A stretch of 64,000 nt of DNA, taken from Dermatophilaceae bacterium (GTDB lineage Bacteria > Actinomycetota > Actinomycetes > Actinomycetales > Dermatophilaceae). Location: positions 5,560-69,559 of the forward strand of contig JBOFLG010000044.1 in assembly GCA_051657745.1 (NCBI GenBank), given 5' to 3'. Below, piece after piece: positions 28,037 to 38,416 of this stretch; the stretch's first letter is position 1; each line of letters opens with the position of its first letter. Under the pieces are notes generated by a model, which had not been told where the DNA came from, did not search any database, and saw nothing but the letters and a program-made list of their open reading frames with translations. The position numbers and the translations under genes were made by a program.

Positions 28037-28473
28037 GCGCGAACTCGGGCCAGCGCGGCCACCGCGTCGGAGAGGACGGCCGGGTCGAGCGGATGCGGCA
28101 CGGCGTCGTCAGCGAGGGACCACCCGGCCAACCAGCCGTCCTGCGGCCGCCCGGTCAGCACCAGCACCGGCGGGCAGCGATAGATCTCACTCTTCAGTTG
28201 CCGGCAGAGCCCAAGGCCCCCGACTGGTACTGCTTCGCCATCGAGCACCACGACATCGTGGCCACCGGCATCCATCGCCTCGAGCACCGCGGATGCCGTG
28301 GCGCACTCCAGCCAGGAGACGATCTCCACGTCCCGAGCCGGTCGCCGCCCGCAGGCGGCTCGCACGGCATCGCGGGTGGTGATGTCATCGCTATAGAGCA
28401 GCACCGACGCCCGGTACAGCGGCTGCGCGCCATCGCCGGGCGCCGAGACCGAACTGGCTGCGGTCGAGGTCAT
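28033..28473 (-). CDS. Stand-alone receiver (CheY-like) domain protein with an atypical active-site Lys position
   Basis: [28 protein letters not shown] match receiver landmarks. The K position reads PHP instead of KP. GTGA overlap with the trpD start. Confidence 0.5.
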   Translation of the reverse strand: MTSTAASSVSAPGDGAQPLYRASVLLYSDDITTRDAVRAACGRRPARDVEIVSWLECATASAVLEAMDAGGHDVVVLDGEAVPVGGLGLCRQLKSEIYRCPPVLVLTGRPQDGWLAGWSLADDAVPHPLDPAVLSDAVAALARVRA

Positions 28474-28589
28474 GACGGAATCGTAGCGGTGGCGGTCTGC
28501 GGGTCGCCGTCGCCCACTGGCCGTGCCCTGTCGGTGCTTGTCGAGCCTTTGGGGGGCCGCTCGGTCGATCCCTGAGGAGTGTCGGCATA

Positions 28590-29261
28590 ATGCGAGACGT
28601 GGCATCTACGACAGCAGTTCGGCCCACGGGCCCGGTCACGTCGATCCCCGGTCAGGGGCCGGCGACGAGGCCGAATATGGTCGCGGTCGGCACCATGGTG
28701 TGGCTGTCGAGCGAGTTGATGTTCTTCGCCGCGCTGTTCGCGTTCTACTTCACGATCCGCGGCTTCGAGCCCGAGTTGTGGGCGGAGCGCACTGCGAAAC
28801 TCGACGTGCCGTTCGCCCTGACCAACACGATCATCCTGGTGATCTCGTCAGCCTGGTGCCAACTTGGGGTGATGCAGGCCGAGAAGGGCATCGTCGCCCG
28901 CCCGGCCGGTACTCCGCTGTCTGCGGTCAGTGCCTGGGGCATGCGGGAGTGGTACGTCCTCACCTACGTGTTCGGCGCGATCTTCATCGCCGGTCAGGTC
29001 TACGAGTACGCGCATCTGGTCACCGAGGGAGTCACCCTTTCCTCGGACCCGTACGGGTCGGTCTTCTACCTCGCCACCGGCTTCCACGGTCTGCACGTCG
29101 CCGGCGGTCTGATCGCCTTCCTCCTCATTATCGGCCGCACCTTCACCACCCGTCGTTACACACACGCCCAAGCCAACGGGGCCGTCGTGACCTCGTATTA
29201 CTGGCACTTCGTCGACGTGGTGTGGATCGCCCTGTTCATCATGATCTACGTCCTCAAGTAG
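28590..29261 (+). CDS. ctaE: Cytochrome c oxidase (aa3) subunit III
   Basis: [58 protein letters not shown]. Confidence 0.9.
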   Translation: MRDVASTTAVRPTGPVTSIPGQGPATRPNMVAVGTMVWLSSELMFFAALFAFYFTIRGFEPELWAERTAKLDVPFALTNTIILVISSAWCQLGVMQAEKGIVARPAGTPLSAVSAWGMREWYVLTYVFGAIFIAGQVYEYAHLVTEGVTLSSDPYGSVFYLATGFHGLHVAGGLIAFLLIIGRTFTTRRYTHAQANGAVVTSYYWHFVDVVWIALFIMIYVLK

Positions 29262-29276
29262 CCACTGACACCACCA

Positions 29277-30134
29277 ATGCCGCGACTCATCACTCGACGA
29301 CCCCGACAGGAAGCACACCTCGTGAACGCACAGGCCGCCCGCCGCCGCCACCCAGCGGCGATCGCCGTCCTCGTTATGGTCGGGCTGTTCCTCACCGGTG
29401 CGGTGTACGCAGCGGTGGCACCCGAGCCAGCCGCCGCCACAACCGCAGCCCTTCCCGCCCAGAACGTCAAGGAGGGCAAGGCACTGTTCCGCGCCAACTG
29501 CTCGTCCTGCCACGGCCTCAACGCCGAGGGTCGGCAGAGCGGTCAAGGCGACCAGGTCGCCGGCCCGTCACTCGCCGGAGTCGGGGCTGCCGCAGTCGAC
29601 TTCCAGGTCGGCACCGGGCGGATGCCGATGGCGGCACCGGCCGCTCAGGCGCCCGACAAAGAGGTGGTCTTCAGCGACGAGGAAATCGCAGCACTCGGCG
29701 CCTATGTTGCCTCGCTCTCGCCGGGGCCCGCCGTACCCAACGACGAGGCAACTGACCCTGCCGACGGCGACCCGGCCAAGGGCGGCGAGTTGTTCCGGGT
29801 CAACTGCGCGATGTGTCATAACTTCGCCGGCGCCGGTGGCGCACTCACCCGCGGCAAGTACGCGCCCGCGATCGGCCGCGACATCGAGGACAAGCACATC
29901 TACGAGGCGATGACCACCGGCCCGCAGAGTATGCCCGTCTTCAACGACGCCACGATCACCCCGGAGAGCAAGCGCGACATCATCGCCTTTCTCGACTCGG
30001 TTTCGGAGCAAGAGAACCCCGGCGGGATGACGCTGGGCTCGCTCGGTCCCGTCACCGAGGGGTTGTTCGCCTGGATCTTCGGGCTCGGCATCCTCGTCGC
30101 GTCCGCCGTCTGGCTCGGCTCGAAAGCCGCGTAG
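29277..30134 (+). CDS. qcrC: Cytochrome bc1 complex dihaem cytochrome c subunit
   Basis: Two haem-c sites, CSSCHG and CAMCHN, plus a C-terminal TM anchor. The start may be the internal GTG (VNAQAARR). Confidence 0.9.
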   Translation: MPRLITRRPRQEAHLVNAQAARRRHPAAIAVLVMVGLFLTGAVYAAVAPEPAAATTAALPAQNVKEGKALFRANCSSCHGLNAEGRQSGQGDQVAGPSLAGVGAAAVDFQVGTGRMPMAAPAAQAPDKEVVFSDEEIAALGAYVASLSPGPAVPNDEATDPADGDPAKGGELFRVNCAMCHNFAGAGGALTRGKYAPAIGRDIEDKHIYEAMTTGPQSMPVFNDATITPESKRDIIAFLDSVSEQENPGGMTLGSLGPVTEGLFAWIFGLGILVASAVWLGSKAA

Positions 30135-30182
30135 TCCCCCCTATCCGCCCCGACCACCAGAGCGACCAGAGATCGGCATCCG

Positions 30183-31310
30183 ATGAGTGACCAGGACACC
30201 ACCAGCACCACCGCCGGGAGCAGTTCCCTGGTACGCCTTGACGACGGCCACGTCACCGGCACTGGCGGCATCCCCGAGCGTTTCGAGAATCCCGGCCACC
30301 CACCGCATGTGCCGCGGATGGCCGACGTGGACGAACGGGCTGCCACTCGGGCCGAGCGTCAGGTGGTCACCTTGTTCGGCCTGTCCATGCTCGGCACGGT
30401 GCTGTTCATGGTGCTGTACTTCGTGGTCGACGTGGAGGAGACGGTATTCATCCCCGGTGTCGGTGTGACCAGCGCGTCGAACGTCGCGCTTGGCACCACC
30501 CTGGCGCTCTCCCTCCTCGGCATCGGCTTCGGCGCGGTGCACTGGGCAAAGACCCTGATGTCCGATGAGGAGTTCGTCGAGGAACGGCATCCGATGCGTT
30601 CGTCTTCCGACGCCCGGTCCGGGGTGGTTGCCACCCTGCGCGACAGTGCCCGCACCTCGCAACTCTCGCGGCGTCCGCTGATCAAGTACACGATGGGCGG
30701 CGCCCTCGGTCTCTTCGCGGCACCACTTCTCCTGCAGGTCGGCGGCTCGCTTGGCAAGATGCCGAAGGCCAGCCTGTCAACGACCTTCTGGAACGGCGGC
30801 CCCAGCGGGCCGGGCGAGACCGCCGAGTTCCGCCCTCTCCGGCTGATGCGTGACCCTGAGAACACTCCGATCAGGGCCACCGACGTGACGATCGGCTCGG
30901 TGGTGCACGTTCTCCCGGAAGGGTTGCTGCCAGACCCCGAGACCGGCGAAGGCGGCGTGAAGCATCCTCTTGAGGAGAAGGCCAAGGCCGCGGTGCTTGT
31001 GATGCGCCTCGACCCGGACAAGATCCAGTCCCGAAAGGAACTCGATTGGGGGTATGAGGGGATCGTCGCCTATTCGAAGATCTGTACCCATGTCGGCTGT
31101 CCAGTTGGCCTGTACGAGCAGCAGACACACCACCTGCTGTGCCCCTGCCACCAGTCCACCTTCGACGTTGCCCAGGACTGCAAGGTCATCTTCGGGCCCG
31201 CCAAACGCGCGTTGCCTCAGTTGAAGATCACCGTCGACGACGAGGGGTACCTCATCTCCAGCCAGCCGTTTGCTGAAGCGGTCGGCCCAAGTTTCTGGGA
31301 GCGTGACTGA
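30183..31310 (+). CDS. qcrA: Cytochrome bc1 complex Rieske iron-sulfur subunit
   Basis: CTHVGCPV ... CPCHQSTF Rieske boxes. N-terminal TM helices. Confidence 0.9.
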   Translation: MSDQDTTSTTAGSSSLVRLDDGHVTGTGGIPERFENPGHPPHVPRMADVDERAATRAERQVVTLFGLSMLGTVLFMVLYFVVDVEETVFIPGVGVTSASNVALGTTLALSLLGIGFGAVHWAKTLMSDEEFVEERHPMRSSSDARSGVVATLRDSARTSQLSRRPLIKYTMGGALGLFAAPLLLQVGGSLGKMPKASLSTTFWNGGPSGPGETAEFRPLRLMRDPENTPIRATDVTIGSVVHVLPEGLLPDPETGEGGVKHPLEEKAKAAVLVMRLDPDKIQSRKELDWGYEGIVAYSKICTHVGCPVGLYEQQTHHLLCPCHQSTFDVAQDCKVIFGPAKRALPQLKITVDDEGYLISSQPFAEAVGPSFWERD

Positions 31311-31311
31311 C

Positions 31312-33054
31312 ATGAGTGCGACGACACCCGAGACAACGACGCGGGCCGCCGACCACCTCCGCGAAGGCGACCACGCGCCCGCAACGCCGACCTCGACGAC
31401 CGCCAAAAAGGTGGGTGGTGTCGCTGGGTGGGTCGATGACCGTACCGGCGCCGCGAAGCCGCTCGGGTACCTGATGAAGAAGGTCTTTCCCGATCACTGG
31501 TCGTTCATGCTCGGCGAGATCGCCATGTACTCGATGATTGTCTGCCTGCTGACCGGAGTCTTCCTCACATTCTGGTACGTGCCGAGCGCGGGCCTGATTC
31601 CCTATGACGGCTCGTATGTGCCGCTCCGTGGACAGCAGGTGTCGGAGGCATACGCGTCGACCCTTGACATCTCCTTCGACATCAAGGGCGGGCTGATCAT
31701 CCGCCAGATCCACCACTGGGCGGCGCTGATGTTCATCGTCGCTCTGGTCGTTCATATGTTCCGGGTCTTCTTCACCGGGGCCTTCCGTAAGCCACGGGAG
31801 GTCAACTGGGTCATCGGATCCGTGCTTGCCCTCCTCGCCGCGGTCGAGGGCTTCGCGGGGTACTCCCTTCCCGACGACCTCCTCTCGGGCACGGGCATCC
31901 GGGCGATGCAGGGCTTCGTCCAAAGCGCGCCGGTCGTCGGCTCATACCTGGTCTACGCCATCTTCGGCGGGCCCTTCCCCGGCGAGGCGATCATCCCCCG
32001 GCTGTACTCGGTGCACATCCTGCTGATCCCCGCGCTTCTCGTCGGGCTGTTCATTGCCCACATTGGCCTGGTGTTCGTCCACAAGCACACCCAGTTCCCC
32101 GGGCCGGGCCGCACCAACGACAACGTTGTTGGCTATCCGGTCATGCCGGTGTACGCCGCCAAAGCAGGGGGCTTCTTCTTCATCGTCTTCGGCATCCTGG
32201 CGCTCATCTCGGCCGTGGTCCAGATCAACCCGATCTGGGGGTACGGGCCATACGACCCGTCGGCCGTCACCGCTGGCTCACAGCCCGACTGGTACATGGG
32301 ATTTGCCGATGGAGCCCTACGCCTGCTTCCGGGCTGGCTGGAGTTCTCGGTGTTCGGCTACACTATCTCGGCCAACATCTTCCCCGGTGCCCTGATCCTG
32401 CTCCCGCTGGTCTACGTCGTGCTGGCTGTCTACCCGTTCCTCGAGAGTTTTGTCACCAAGGACACTCGCGAGCACCATCTCCTACAGCGGCCACGTAATG
32501 CGCCCGTGCGTACCGGTATCGGGATGGCGGGTATCACTGCCTACTCGGTGCTGCTGTTCGCCTCCGGCAACGACATCATGGCGATCAAGCTGGATATGTC
32601 CATCAACGACCTCACGTGGTTCTTCCGCATCGGCTTCTTCGTCCTTCCTCTCATTGCGTTCTGGGTAACCAAGCGAATCTGCCTGTCCCTCCAACGTCGT
32701 GACCGGGAAACTGTCCTGCATGGGCGCGAAACCGGCGTGATTATCCGCACCCCCGACGGGCGCTTCTTCGAACGCCACGAAGCATTGCTGCCGGCCGACC
32801 AGTGGGTACTTGTCCAACACGAACCGGTGCAGCCTCTCCATCTGGAGGCACCGATCGACAAGCACGGTGTTGCCCGGCCGGCGGCCCGGAAAGACCGCCT
32901 CCGGGCCCGGTTGTCCAACTTCTACTTCAAGGACGCCGTCAACCCAGTCACCCCCGCGGAACTCGCCGCAGCACATCACCATGGCGAGGGTCACGAGGCC
33001 ATCGAAGCGCCAGAGCCAGGCGACGACCGCATCATCGAGGCTGCCGAACGCTGA
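31312..33054 (+). CDS. qcrB: Cytochrome bc1 complex cytochrome b subunit
   Basis: IRQIHHWAALMFIVALVVHMFRVFFTGAFRKPRE and the later YSVHILLIPA haem-ligand helices. Start ATG 31312 lies 2 nt after the qcrA stop. Confidence 0.9.
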   Translation: MSATTPETTTRAADHLREGDHAPATPTSTTAKKVGGVAGWVDDRTGAAKPLGYLMKKVFPDHWSFMLGEIAMYSMIVCLLTGVFLTFWYVPSAGLIPYDGSYVPLRGQQVSEAYASTLDISFDIKGGLIIRQIHHWAALMFIVALVVHMFRVFFTGAFRKPREVNWVIGSVLALLAAVEGFAGYSLPDDLLSGTGIRAMQGFVQSAPVVGSYLVYAIFGGPFPGEAIIPRLYSVHILLIPALLVGLFIAHIGLVFVHKHTQFPGPGRTNDNVVGYPVMPVYAAKAGGFFFIVFGILALISAVVQINPIWGYGPYDPSAVTAGSQPDWYMGFADGALRLLPGWLEFSVFGYTISANIFPGALILLPLVYVVLAVYPFLESFVTKDTREHHLLQRPRNAPVRTGIGMAGITAYSVLLFASGNDIMAIKLDMSINDLTWFFRIGFFVLPLIAFWVTKRICLSLQRRDRETVLHGRETGVIIRTPDGRFFERHEALLPADQWVLVQHEPVQPLHLEAPIDKHGVARPAARKDRLRARLSNFYFKDAVNPVTPAELAAAHHHGEGHEAIEAPEPGDDRIIEAAER

Positions 33055-33072
33055 TCCCTGCGTGACCCTGCT

Positions 33073-33098
33073 GCGGTACCGCCCGCCCACGGTACGGC
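33073..33098 (+). terminator. Hairpin after qcrB (9-bp stem with one mismatch, 8-nt loop)
   Basis: gcggtaccg-cccgccca-cggtacggc, about 20 nt after the qcrB stop. Confidence 0.35.
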
Positions 33099-33258
33099 CG
33101 CCGATCCACCTCGACACGTCATGGCTGTATCGCAGTGGTCTGAGCACAGTTCGCCGAGCACCGTGGCAGTCGGCGACCCATGCGCACTGCTACCCGGACC
33201 CGAGCGCTGGCCCTGTGGCACGGACCTTCGTCGGTCGTGAACATCACCGGGTGGCAAG

Positions 33259-33621
33259 GTGGTGACCGTGCATCCAATCAGCGAGGCAGAGTTCGACGTC
33301 ATCGTCCGTGATGCCCTCGATGGCGTCCCGTCCGAGCTTCTCGCAATGCTCGACAACGTGGTCTTCCTCGTCGACGAGGAACCACCAGCCGATGAACCCG
33401 ACCTTCTCGGGCTCTACGAGGGAACCCCTCTGACCGACCGTGGGGAACTATGGACTGCAGGATCCTTGCCCGACCGGATCACACTCTTTCGCGGGCCGCT
33501 CACCAGAATGTGTGAGGATATTGCGGACCTCACCGACGAGATTGCCGTCACAGTCGTCCACGAGATCGCCCACCACTTCGGCATCGACGACGACAACCTC
33601 CACCGACTCGGCTGGGGGTGA
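33259..33621 (+). CDS. Zincin-like metallopeptidase family protein (DUF1025/SprT-like small protein)
   Basis: 120 aa with C-terminal VVHEIAHHFGIDD. Confidence 0.7.
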   Translation: MVTVHPISEAEFDVIVRDALDGVPSELLAMLDNVVFLVDEEPPADEPDLLGLYEGTPLTDRGELWTAGSLPDRITLFRGPLTRMCEDIADLTDEIAVTVVHEIAHHFGIDDDNLHRLGWG

Positions 33622-33738
33622 TGCCCGCAGCCCTGCCCTCCCGCAGCACCCGAAGTATCGACTTCACGCCACCAGACACGGTGCGGATTCTGGCAGAGCT
33701 GCCAGATACGGGAGAGCCTCACGCGTCTCGCCGTCGCC

Positions 33739-34152
33739 CTACAGTGCGTCCGGGCCCCGCCAGTACTCGAATGTCCACGAAATCAACGCCGGCACGGCAA
33801 AGGCTGCGCCAATGATGAACAACCACCAGTCGACAGCCAAACCAAGGAAACACACTGCCGCCGCCAGGCCGAGGAACAGCGGCTGCCAACTGTGTGGGCT
33901 GAAGAAGCCGTACTCTCCCTGGATTTCCTCGACATCGCCGAGTGGGTCGTCGGACGGGTCGCGCTCAAGGTGCTTGCGCGTCATCGAGAGGTACCAGGCG
34001 ATCATCAGACCGAGCAATGCAGTGAGAATCAACGCGATCAGCCCGACATACTCCAGACCGAGAGTGCTGCGAGCGGTCCACATGCCATAGATGACCGCCA
34101 TGGCAGAGGCGAACACGCCGACTAGCACACCAATGCGCTCCATCGCCCGCAT
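33739..34152 (-). CDS. ctaF: Cytochrome c oxidase subunit IV (actinobacterial CtaF)
   Basis: GEYGFFSPHSWQP and four TM helices. Directly downstream of ctaD (4-nt gap). An alternative ATG lies at 34143. Confidence 0.75.
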   Translation of the reverse strand: MRAMERIGVLVGVFASAMAVIYGMWTARSTLGLEYVGLIALILTALLGLMIAWYLSMTRKHLERDPSDDPLGDVEEIQGEYGFFSPHSWQPLFLGLAAAVCFLGLAVDWWLFIIGAAFAVPALISWTFEYWRGPDAL

Positions 34153-34156
34153 GTGC

Positions 34157-35950
34157 TCAGCGCCCCTTCGGGTGGGGACGCTGAGCAGTGTCAGCGCTCT
34201 CCACCGTGTCGTTGTCATGAAGGTCAGCTGGGCCGAGGACGGCTACCACGCCGTGCCGTTCGGCGACCCTGGACTCGTAGCGGGCCGAGGCGGCAGCGAC
34301 CTCAGGGTGATGGACGTCAAAAGCCGGACGCTCGGACCTGATCCGCGGGATGCGGTCAAAATTGTGCCGTGGCGGAGGGCAGGACGTCACCCACTCGAGG
34401 GATGCACCGTAGCCCCACGGATCGTCGGTCTCGACGAGCGGAGCAGTTCGCCAGGTATTCCAGATGTTGTAGAAGAAGGGGAACATCGACGCCGCGAGAA
34501 TGAAGGCGCCAAGCGTGGAGACCTGGTTGCCGAAGGTCCAGCCAGATTCGGGGATGTAGTCGGCATACCTTCGCGGCATGCCTTGGGCGCCAAGAATGTG
34601 CTGAACGAAGAAGGTGGTGTGGAAACCCACGAAGAGCATCCAGAAGTGGATCTTGCCAAGCCGCTCGTCGAGCATCCGACCGGTGAACTTGGGCCACCAG
34701 AAATAGAACCCCGCGAACATCGCGAATACCACGGTGCCGAACACAACGTAATGGAAGTGCGCGACAACGAAATAACTGTCGGAGAGATGAAAGTCGAGCG
34801 GCGGGCTGGCGAGAATAATCCCCGTGAGTCCACCAAGCAGGAATGTGATGAGAAACCCGATCGCCCACAGCATCGGTGTCGAGAAATCGAGTTTGCCACC
34901 CCACATCGTACCGATCCAGTTGAAGAACTTTACTCCCGTCGGCACGGCGATCAGCATCGTCATGATCGCGAAGAAGGGCAGCAGCACCTGGCCAGTAGCG
35001 TACATGTGATGCGCCCACACCGACACCGAAAGTGCTGCAATGGCGATAGTGGCGTACACCAAGGTCTTGTATCCGAAAATCGGCTTCCGGGAGAACACCG
35101 GAAGTATTTCAGAAATGACCCCGAAGAACGGGAGCGCGATGATGTACACCTCCGGGTGACCGAAGAACCAGAAGATGTGCTGCCAGAGGAGCGCGCCACC
35201 GTTCTCGGGGTCGAAAACATGTGCACCAAAACGGCGGTCTGCCCCGAGCGCGAACAGCGCGGCAGCCAGGGCTGGGAAGGCGATCAGCACCAGGATTGAC
35301 GTGATGAGCACGGTCCAGGTGAAGATCGGCAGCCGGAACATCGTCATACCGGGAGCGCGCATGCACAGAATGGTGGTGATGAAGTTGACGGCGCCCATGA
35401 TCGTTCCGAAGCCACCAAGCGCGAGACCGAAGACCCAGAGGTCACCACCGAGTCCAGGGCTGTAGACGTCATCGGACAGTGGCGCATAGGCGAACCACCC
35501 AAACGATGCGGCCCCTCCCGGCGTGAGGAACCCAGCACCGGCGATCAGCCCGCCGAAGAGGTAGAGCCAGTACGCGAACATGTTCAGGCGCGGAAAGGCA
35601 ACATCGGGGGCGCCGATCTGCAACGGCATCAGGGCATTCGCGAAACCGGCAAACAGCGGGGTTGCAAACAGCAGCAGCATGATTGTGCCGTGCATGGTGA
35701 ACATCTGGTTGTACTGATCGGGGTTGTCGACGATTTGCTGCCCAGGGCTTGCCAACTCGGCCCGGATCACCAATGCCATCACACCGGCCAGGATGAACCA
35801 GATAAACGACGTGATGAAGTAAAGATTCCCGATGACCTTGTGGTCGGTGGACGTCATCCACTTGACGACGGTGGCACCCGGGGCGAGACGACGTGGGCGC
35901 GCTGGCGCAGATGTCTCGCGGAACATCGTCGACTCGGTGGCCGCACTCAT
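34157..35950 (-). CDS. ctaD: Cytochrome c oxidase subunit I
   Basis: [25 protein letters not shown]; 597 aa. Confidence 0.95.
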   Translation of the reverse strand: MSAATESTMFRETSAPARPRRLAPGATVVKWMTSTDHKVIGNLYFITSFIWFILAGVMALVIRAELASPGQQIVDNPDQYNQMFTMHGTIMLLLFATPLFAGFANALMPLQIGAPDVAFPRLNMFAYWLYLFGGLIAGAGFLTPGGAASFGWFAYAPLSDDVYSPGLGGDLWVFGLALGGFGTIMGAVNFITTILCMRAPGMTMFRLPIFTWTVLITSILVLIAFPALAAALFALGADRRFGAHVFDPENGGALLWQHIFWFFGHPEVYIIALPFFGVISEILPVFSRKPIFGYKTLVYATIAIAALSVSVWAHHMYATGQVLLPFFAIMTMLIAVPTGVKFFNWIGTMWGGKLDFSTPMLWAIGFLITFLLGGLTGIILASPPLDFHLSDSYFVVAHFHYVVFGTVVFAMFAGFYFWWPKFTGRMLDERLGKIHFWMLFVGFHTTFFVQHILGAQGMPRRYADYIPESGWTFGNQVSTLGAFILAASMFPFFYNIWNTWRTAPLVETDDPWGYGASLEWVTSCPPPRHNFDRIPRIRSERPAFDVHHPEVAAASARYESRVAERHGVVAVLGPADLHDNDTVESADTAQRPHPKGR

Positions 35951-36867
35951 CCTCGGTTCCCTCCATCGACTGTCTCGCTCACAACTTGACCATCCATCAA
36001 CTCTTCGCGATTCAACTCATTGTTGAGCAAGCCACTCTGACCTTTTCCGCGCAACTCGGCGATATGTGCCTCGTAGTCCGATCGCGGCACGACCTTGACG
36101 TTGAACAGCATCTGCGAGTGGTACGCGCCGCACAGTTCGGCGCAAAGGCCGTTGAACTCGCCCTCCTGGGTGGTGACAACCTGGAAGCGGTTCACACGAC
36201 CCGGAATGGTGTCCATCTTCTGGAGGAAGGCCGGAACCCAGAACGAATGGATGACGTCGCGCGCCGTGAGGACGAACTCGACTCTCTCGCCGACCGGGAG
36301 GTACAGCGTCGGCATCGTCTTCTTCGCACCCGGCTCACCTGTCAAGATGGCCTGCGTACCCACCTCGTGGACGTCCTCCTGGACGTAGTTGAAATCCCAA
36401 CTCCACTGTTTTCCGACGACGTTGACGGTGACATCTGGTGTGGTCGAGGTGTCGAGCAGGGCCGCCTCGTCCCGCGCGGTGTAGTAGAAGAGCACGACGA
36501 CCATGAAGATCGGAACGACGGTGTAGAGAATCTCGATCGGGATGTTGTACCGCAGCTGGATTGGTAGCTCGTTGTCGTCACGACGACGGCGATACGCGAC
36601 GACACACCAGAGGATCAACCCGATGACGAGGACACCAACGGCGATCGCCGCGATCCATGACCCCACCCACAGAGTGGTGACCCGCTCGCCACCCTCGGTG
36701 ACCGCCGGCGGCAGCCAGCCTGTCGAGGCGTCGCCCCGGAGCTCATCGCTCGCGCAGGCGCTTAACGACATGGTCGACAGCACTCCGGCGAGTGCCATCG
36801 ACCCAACCCGTCGGCACTGCCGGCGACGCGGGTGGAGATCGTGCTCGGGCACTCGTGAATCCTTCAT
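35947..36867 (-). CDS. ctaC: Cytochrome c oxidase subunit II
   Basis: CuA site VIHSFWVP ... [12 protein letters not shown]. Lipobox-like LSAC near the N-terminus. 4-nt overlap with ctaD. Confidence 0.9.
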   Translation of the reverse strand: MKDSRVPEHDLHPRRRQCRRVGSMALAGVLSTMSLSACASDELRGDASTGWLPPAVTEGGERVTTLWVGSWIAAIAVGVLVIGLILWCVVAYRRRRDDNELPIQLRYNIPIEILYTVVPIFMVVVLFYYTARDEAALLDTSTTPDVTVNVVGKQWSWDFNYVQEDVHEVGTQAILTGEPGAKKTMPTLYLPVGERVEFVLTARDVIHSFWVPAFLQKMDTIPGRVNRFQVVTTQEGEFNGLCAELCGAYHSQMLFNVKVVPRSDYEAHIAELRGKGQSGLLNNELNREELMDGQVVSETVDGGNRG

Positions 36868-36945
36868 CTGGATGAGGTCAAGAACGTCGTCACACTACTG
36901 CACGTGCGGGTTTCGGAGCCGGCAGGGGGGCTAGCGTCTAACCCC

Positions 36946-38103
36946 ATGCCGACCTCTTCAGACGGCGACCTGCACGGACGCTCGAGCGGTCTGCTCGACG
37001 CGTCCCGAGGGCCGCTGCACCCGGTAGCTGTCGAGACGCTCCATGCGGCGGTCGAGATCGGCTGGGCCGATGTGGCGCAGCGTCATTCGCCGGGGCGCCG
37101 AGCGCGGGCGCTGCTCGACACCGCCCGCGAAGTGCTGGCCGGCGCACTGGGTGTGCGTCCTGACGAGCTGTCGGTCCATGCGTCGTCCGCCGATGCTCTC
37201 GCCATCGGGCTCGCGGGTCTGCGGCAGGCTCGCCGCCGAGCCGGCACCCGGGTGCTCGCCTCGGCCGTCGAACGGTCGGTCGTGCTCCTCGACCCACACG
37301 TGGTGCCGGTGCCGGTCGACCGGGTCGGGAGAGTCGACCTCGGCCGGTGGGCCGACGCGGTCGTCGAGCGCGGCCTCGCCGCCGTGGTGCTGCAGAGCGC
37401 CAACGGCGAGGTTGGGACCCGCCAGCCGCTGGTCGAGGCCAGCGCGCTCGCCGCGCACCACGGTGTCCCTCTCCTCGTCGATGCCACCGCGTCGCTCGGA
37501 CGCGATGACGTGCCGTCGGTGGGTGAGGTCGTGGTAGCCGACGCAGCCACGTTCGGCGGGCCGCCGCTGGGGCTGCTGGGTGTACGCACCGGCACTCGCT
37601 GGAGCCTGCCGCCCCCCCGTCGCGATGCCGAACATGGCCGTAGTTGGGCCCCGCCCTGGACACCGCTCGTCCTCGCTGCGGCCGAGGCATGGCGACAGGG
37701 CGAGCGCGACCGGGCGAGCGACGCGCACGACGCCCGGGCCCTGGTCGACCTGATTCGGTCGGCCGCGACGTCGGTGCCTGACGTCGAGGTGGTGGGTGAC
37801 GCGGTTGACCGACTCCCGCATGTGGTCACCTTCAGCGCGCTCTACGCCGACGGCGAGGCGATGGTCGACGACCTGGCCACGCGTGGCCTCGCTGTCGGGT
37901 CAGGGTCGGCGTGCTCGTCAAGCCTGCTGCAGCCCAGCCATACTCTGGCCGCGATGGGAGTACTGACGCACGGAAACGTGCGGGTGTCGCTGCCCCTCGC
38001 CGCAGTCTCCCCAGGCCGTGCCGGCGACGTGCGACAGCTCATCGCAGCCTTTCCCGAGGTGGTCACCGAAATCCGCCGCCGACTCCACACGGAGGGGCTG
38101 TGA
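36946..38103 (+). CDS. Cysteine desulfurase-like (aminotransferase class V fold) protein lacking the PLP lysine
   Basis: NifS/IscS-like blocks ELSVHASSADALAIGLAGL, QSANGEVG, LLVDATAS and the Cys loop GSGSACSS. The expected S-x-H-K position reads ADAAT, and the whole ORF contains no lysine. Confidence 0.6.
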   Translation: MPTSSDGDLHGRSSGLLDASRGPLHPVAVETLHAAVEIGWADVAQRHSPGRRARALLDTAREVLAGALGVRPDELSVHASSADALAIGLAGLRQARRRAGTRVLASAVERSVVLLDPHVVPVPVDRVGRVDLGRWADAVVERGLAAVVLQSANGEVGTRQPLVEASALAAHHGVPLLVDATASLGRDDVPSVGEVVVADAATFGGPPLGLLGVRTGTRWSLPPPRRDAEHGRSWAPPWTPLVLAAAEAWRQGERDRASDAHDARALVDLIRSAATSVPDVEVVGDAVDRLPHVVTFSALYADGEAMVDDLATRGLAVGSGSACSSSLLQPSHTLAAMGVLTHGNVRVSLPLAAVSPGRAGDVRQLIAAFPEVVTEIRRRLHTEGL

Positions 38104-38351
38104 GCAGTTCGGAGCTGGTGAGCCGTCCATCGGTGGTCGACGCCCGGGGCACCCGGTGCCCCACGCCCGTCATCCGAGTGGCCCGCGCGACCCGCGGTCT
38201 GGCCCCCGGAACGGTGGTGGTGCTGCTCGCCGACGACGTGGCTGCGCGTTCGGACGTGCCTGCCTGGGGCCGCCTGCGCGGCCATGCCGTCACCCCCCAC
38301 GATCACGACCGCTTCGTCGAGTACGTCGTGGTCGTGGGGGGCGCCGAGTGA
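38100..38351 (+). CDS. TusA/SirA-family sulfur-carrier-like protein
   Basis: 83 aa reading DARGTRCPTPVIRVARA (CPxP motif). GTGA overlap with the preceding gene. Confidence 0.6.
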   Translation: MSSSELVSRPSVVDARGTRCPTPVIRVARATRGLAPGTVVVLLADDVAARSDVPAWGRLRGHAVTPHDHDRFVEYVVVVGGAE

Positions 38352-38416
38352 GGCTGAGCGAACCGAGCGGCGACCCGCCCGGCGAGCGCCATCTGGCAGA
38401 GCCTGCGGCAGCTCCG

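Noticed and set aside
29248-29262. B12-box-like gccactg near the ctaE stop
   Set aside because: It is an isolated heptamer at a gene end with none of the surrounding cobalamin-riboswitch structure, so it is most likely a chance match.
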